A stretch of DNA of 54,091 bases, filler included, from Sphacelaria rigidula (taxonomy: Eukaryota), in assembly GCA_964200075.2 (NCBI GenBank). It is 5 parts of 5 records of this genome, joined end to end, with 100 filler letters (N's around TTAATTAATTAA, not from the genome) between each part and the next. Parts side by side here need not be neighbours in the genome. Positions count along the whole stretch, not along the records: positions 43,354 to 54,091 come from CAXNAA020006004.1; 4 more parts are not named here. One strand, 5' to 3'. The position numbers and the translations under genes are program-made. Shown piece after piece: positions 50,750-54,091 of the stretch. The first letter of the stretch is position 1. Every line of letters starts with the position of its first letter. The notes under the pieces are model-generated. The model searched no databases. It was not told the origin of the DNA and saw only the letters and a list, made by a program, of their open reading frames with translations.

Positions 50750-53730
50750 AAGTGGTGATGCGGCTTCAGGTTGCGGTTGGTGAGGGTGAGGGAGACCAGG
50801 CCACGTGCCCAGCATCTGTTCGCACGTATGTTGGTGTTGTATTCTGTGTGAGTTATTATAAAAATATGTCGTGCTAGAACGATGCGATGGCAGTAAAATA
50901 TGACTAAAGGGTAGTGGAGATGGAGGTTTCACGGTGTCCCAGAACACCCTCTGGTGGAGTGGAGCGCGGGAGTGAGGTGATGCGAAGACAATCACGTACG
51001 TGAGGAATACTACGATAGGGGAGGCGTACGGGCGGGTGGGGTGTGTGTGATTTTTAAAGGGGTCATTGGTGTGTCGGACCACCCAACACACTGGTGGAGC
51101 ACTTGAGTTTGGGTGAAGAACGGTGTCAAGTCAAGCAGTATGAATCAGCGTTATTCATCGGTAACAACCGCGTTCGACTTGACTGACGTGCAATCACGCT
51201 GGCTGGCGGATATGACCAACGTGACAGAGCTTCGAGCGGAAAAAGAATGGGAGATCGTGGGGAGTGTTGATTTGACGGGTGGATGATGATAGCGATGCAG
51301 TGTTTCTCCGCGATGCAGCCTTCTACCAGAAGAAAGTGAATCAAAGGGGGTCAAACGGAACGGGGACATGGAGGATTCCCTTTTTCGAATCCCCTGCGGT
51401 TGAGTGCTTCTATCGAGATGGGGCATAGTTCTGATAGCATTGCTGTTGAAGTGTATTTCATACTGAAAAGCTGGTCAACCGACTTGGCTTCTCGTGTGAC
51501 TATATTTTCGGTATTCCGTCTCTCTGACCGGTGTAGTTGATCCCGTTTTTTGTTTTGTCAGTTCTTGTTAGACGAAGAAGTATATAGTAGGTAGCGCTTG
51601 GTCGGGTGTTGAGTGGTCGTGCGCGTGGTTGAAAGACAGAGAGCTGTAGGGCTCCTGCTTGTGATAATTCAGGTATTCATTTCTTTGTTGTGTCGTCCAT
51701 GCTAGACAGAGCTTTGGGGGTTTTGAGTATTGTTACCCTGAAGCAGATTTTTCTATGATGATAGGAGTATTGTTATCCCCGAAGCAAAAAATAGCTGTGG
51801 TGCTGTACGGGGGCGGTGCGTGGCGGACGAACCTACCAGTGATCAATGAGCAATAGAACGGTAGTAAAACCATGCGGCAGATACGCTGTGCCGCAAAAAT
51901 ATGTTTCACTACAACAAGAAGGGTTGGCAAGAAACTAGGGTGGATTTAGACGGTCAGTTCACGCTGTTTGTGGACAGGTGTCGTGGCACGTCATGTTGGG
52001 GTGAAAACAGAGAGGGTGGAACGAATAATTCGAGATCCGAACCTTCCACGATATTTACAGTCGTGGGTGTGCATTGCTGTGTCTTGACTGAGATGTTTCT
52101 TGCACCCTAGATGTTGAGCCTATCAGGCTATACTGTACAATGTTTTTTATTTTCTGTAGCTGGTGAACAGTCCTGTTGAGTGCATGTACAGAATGCCAGT
52201 ACATCCTCATCCTCAACACTTGGTGTACATCTTGTGTATATGACTGCTGTTCCTGCGGTAGGGATTTTCATGATGTTATTGGGGAGTTGTTTGGTGGTGT
52301 TGGTTCTCGAAGTGTGTGTGCTGGAGGGGTTAAGCAGGCAGCCAACGAGGAGAGGACGCCGGAATGCTTTTCCGGATGTTCACTGTTTCATTGGGACATT
52401 GTCGATGAGGCAGAGCCTAGCGAAAGGGGCCTGGTAGGGGATTTTGTTCGGTCAGCGTGTATTCCACCCCCATTATCCTGCTCAATCGCCCAGCAACCCC
52501 TCGTCTACAGTGAGAATAATGGTTGACGCGAGTTTTCTGATGTAGAATATGCATGTACATGAGAAAATTCTCCCCCTCTGCTGTAGAATATCTATGTAGA
52601 TAAGAACATTCTTCTTGGTCTTGTGGTCCCCGCTTTGGTCCTCGGCCGCACGTGCCTGTCCGGTGCCTCCAGCCCTCGCGTATTGAAGCGCATCTTGAGG
52701 GAGCGTTCGATCGTGAGTACACACAGCTTCTTGACCTTCATATAACGAAAGAGCCGTGTAATCGATCCAAAGTTCATATCAATGATCGTAGCAGCCATAG
52801 CCGAGCGTCGGTCTGATCGTGTTGAATCCTCGGGCAACCGGATGGGTATGTTCACCCTCGGTGAAATAATAATGGTATGCACCACAGTTGGGTACTGCAT
52901 GCTTGTGTTGACCGCGCGAACTACTAAACACCGTGTAGTGCGGTTCAAAGAGGATACGATAAATATTGAAGCAGGATGAATCGTGTTTCTCGCAAGTTCT
53001 CCCAAGATAGGGTTGGCAGAGTTCATAAATGGAGGAACCTCCGGATGGAACGTACTGTATGATGTGGTGTGAGATAAGAGAACAGTATAACCGCCCCCGC
53101 CCAAACCAAATATGCTCCATATGCCTCCTAAAAACCCTTTTTTAACGTAAAGTGCAACGAACTAGTACGACCCATGAAATCTGGAGCGAGAGAGTTAGTC
53201 AGATACAACAAGGGAAATCATTTGACCCTGAACATCCAAATCACAATCCAGGGAGTGTGTGTAGACCCGAACACCTCAACATTGGAACACTCGTCACCCG
53301 TTCAAATTTGATAAAAAACGCAGTGTTTCCGCCAGATTGAGTGTTTATCATTCGACTAAGTGCGAGCTGTTCGGCCCCTTTTTATTTGAAAAGGAAGAAT
53401 GATACGAATTCCCCAAACGGGCTTTCAGCGCCGCAGGTGGCTATTTGTGGAAGCGGCGTCATTTTCACTTGGAAAGTTACTGGGTGGCCCAGCTTGTGAA
53501 TCATGAACGTTGGCGTTCGAGGGGTCATCGCGCCGAAGAGTTAGTCGTTGGATATATAATCCGAGAGCAAACACGAAGACACCAGTCTTTTGAATCGTGG
53601 TGGGTTCAGATCTTTCTACACTCGCCTTCAATGTATTCATCGGAAGAATGTATTTGGAACGTATGTACTCGTGTTCAACTAATATGGGAACCTGTTCAAT
53701 GTACAACGGTGCATTAATGACAGGAATATC
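50750..53730 (-). pseudogene. Possible highly eroded Ty3/Gypsy pol remnant
   Basis: Weak motif echoes in RT-RNase H-IN order on minus: KDWCLRVC and GNTAFF (~53300-53590); EGEHTHPVA and YELWIDYTAL (~52750-52870); LHQRVFWD (~50950). All heavily degenerate. Confidence 0.3.
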
Positions 53731-53731
53731 C

Positions 53732-53940
53732 CACTCGTCGGACAGATCAGTTCGTAGCATATCCGGGTCAGCTCATTTGGGGCATAGGTCGTGATCTGTC
53801 TGCGGTGTGACGTCACCCGTGCACGTTTGTCCGGTGGTGATCTTTAGGATCCGCTTGACCCGTACACATTTGCCGACCGACGATCTGTAGGACCCGCTTC
53901 ATACACACTTCTGAGCACAACTGATCTGTAGAACTGTGTC
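53732..53940. mobile_element. CACACGTCGGACAGATCA-type element, left end
   Basis: CACTCGTCGGACAGATCA terminus followed by GATC-rich subrepeats. Confidence 0.55.
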
Positions 53941-54091
53941 ATTTGTACACCATCACATAGTTATCATTAATATGGTTTCGCCCAGGAAAACGCGGCAGCT
54001 TGTCGCCGACCCGCACGATTTCAAGGGTCGGGCAAATCAATGATTCTTCTGGAAATTACTTGGTTTTAGTGTAATTGATTCGAATCGTACG

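Overview
Eukaryotic, repeat-rich genomic DNA of roughly balanced GC content, with long GT-AG introns and TTAGGG motifs. A stramenopile, probably a brown alga, is my inference only. The window is not contiguous. It is five contigs of near-identical length (10,739 bp and four of 10,738 bp) joined by 100-bp N44-TTAATTAATTAA-N44 linkers, so it looks like a length-sorted concatenation of unplaced contigs, and nothing should be inferred across the gaps. Host genes: (1) the last four exons of a NOX/ferric-reductase-like gene on + (43437-48422), with YSG at the usual YCG motif; (2) the last two exons of a minus-strand gene ending in a PH-like domain (19646-14231); (3) a possible isolated terminal exon (6442-6483). 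Mobile elements: a decayed, 5'-truncated, chromodomain-bearing Ty3/Gypsy retrotransposon (25570 to ~30810, minus) with its 3' LTR and two nested insertions with TSDs; a probable second, much older Gypsy pol; a multi-copy tRNA-derived SINE; two other retroposon tail families; and at least six MITE-type families distinguished by termini and TSD. The most unusual items are a 272-bp TG...CA element sharing the SINE's Pol III-type head, and a 205-bp TGT...ACA MITE carrying (TTAGGG)n. I found no convincing multi-gene novel system; most listed ORFs are spurious.
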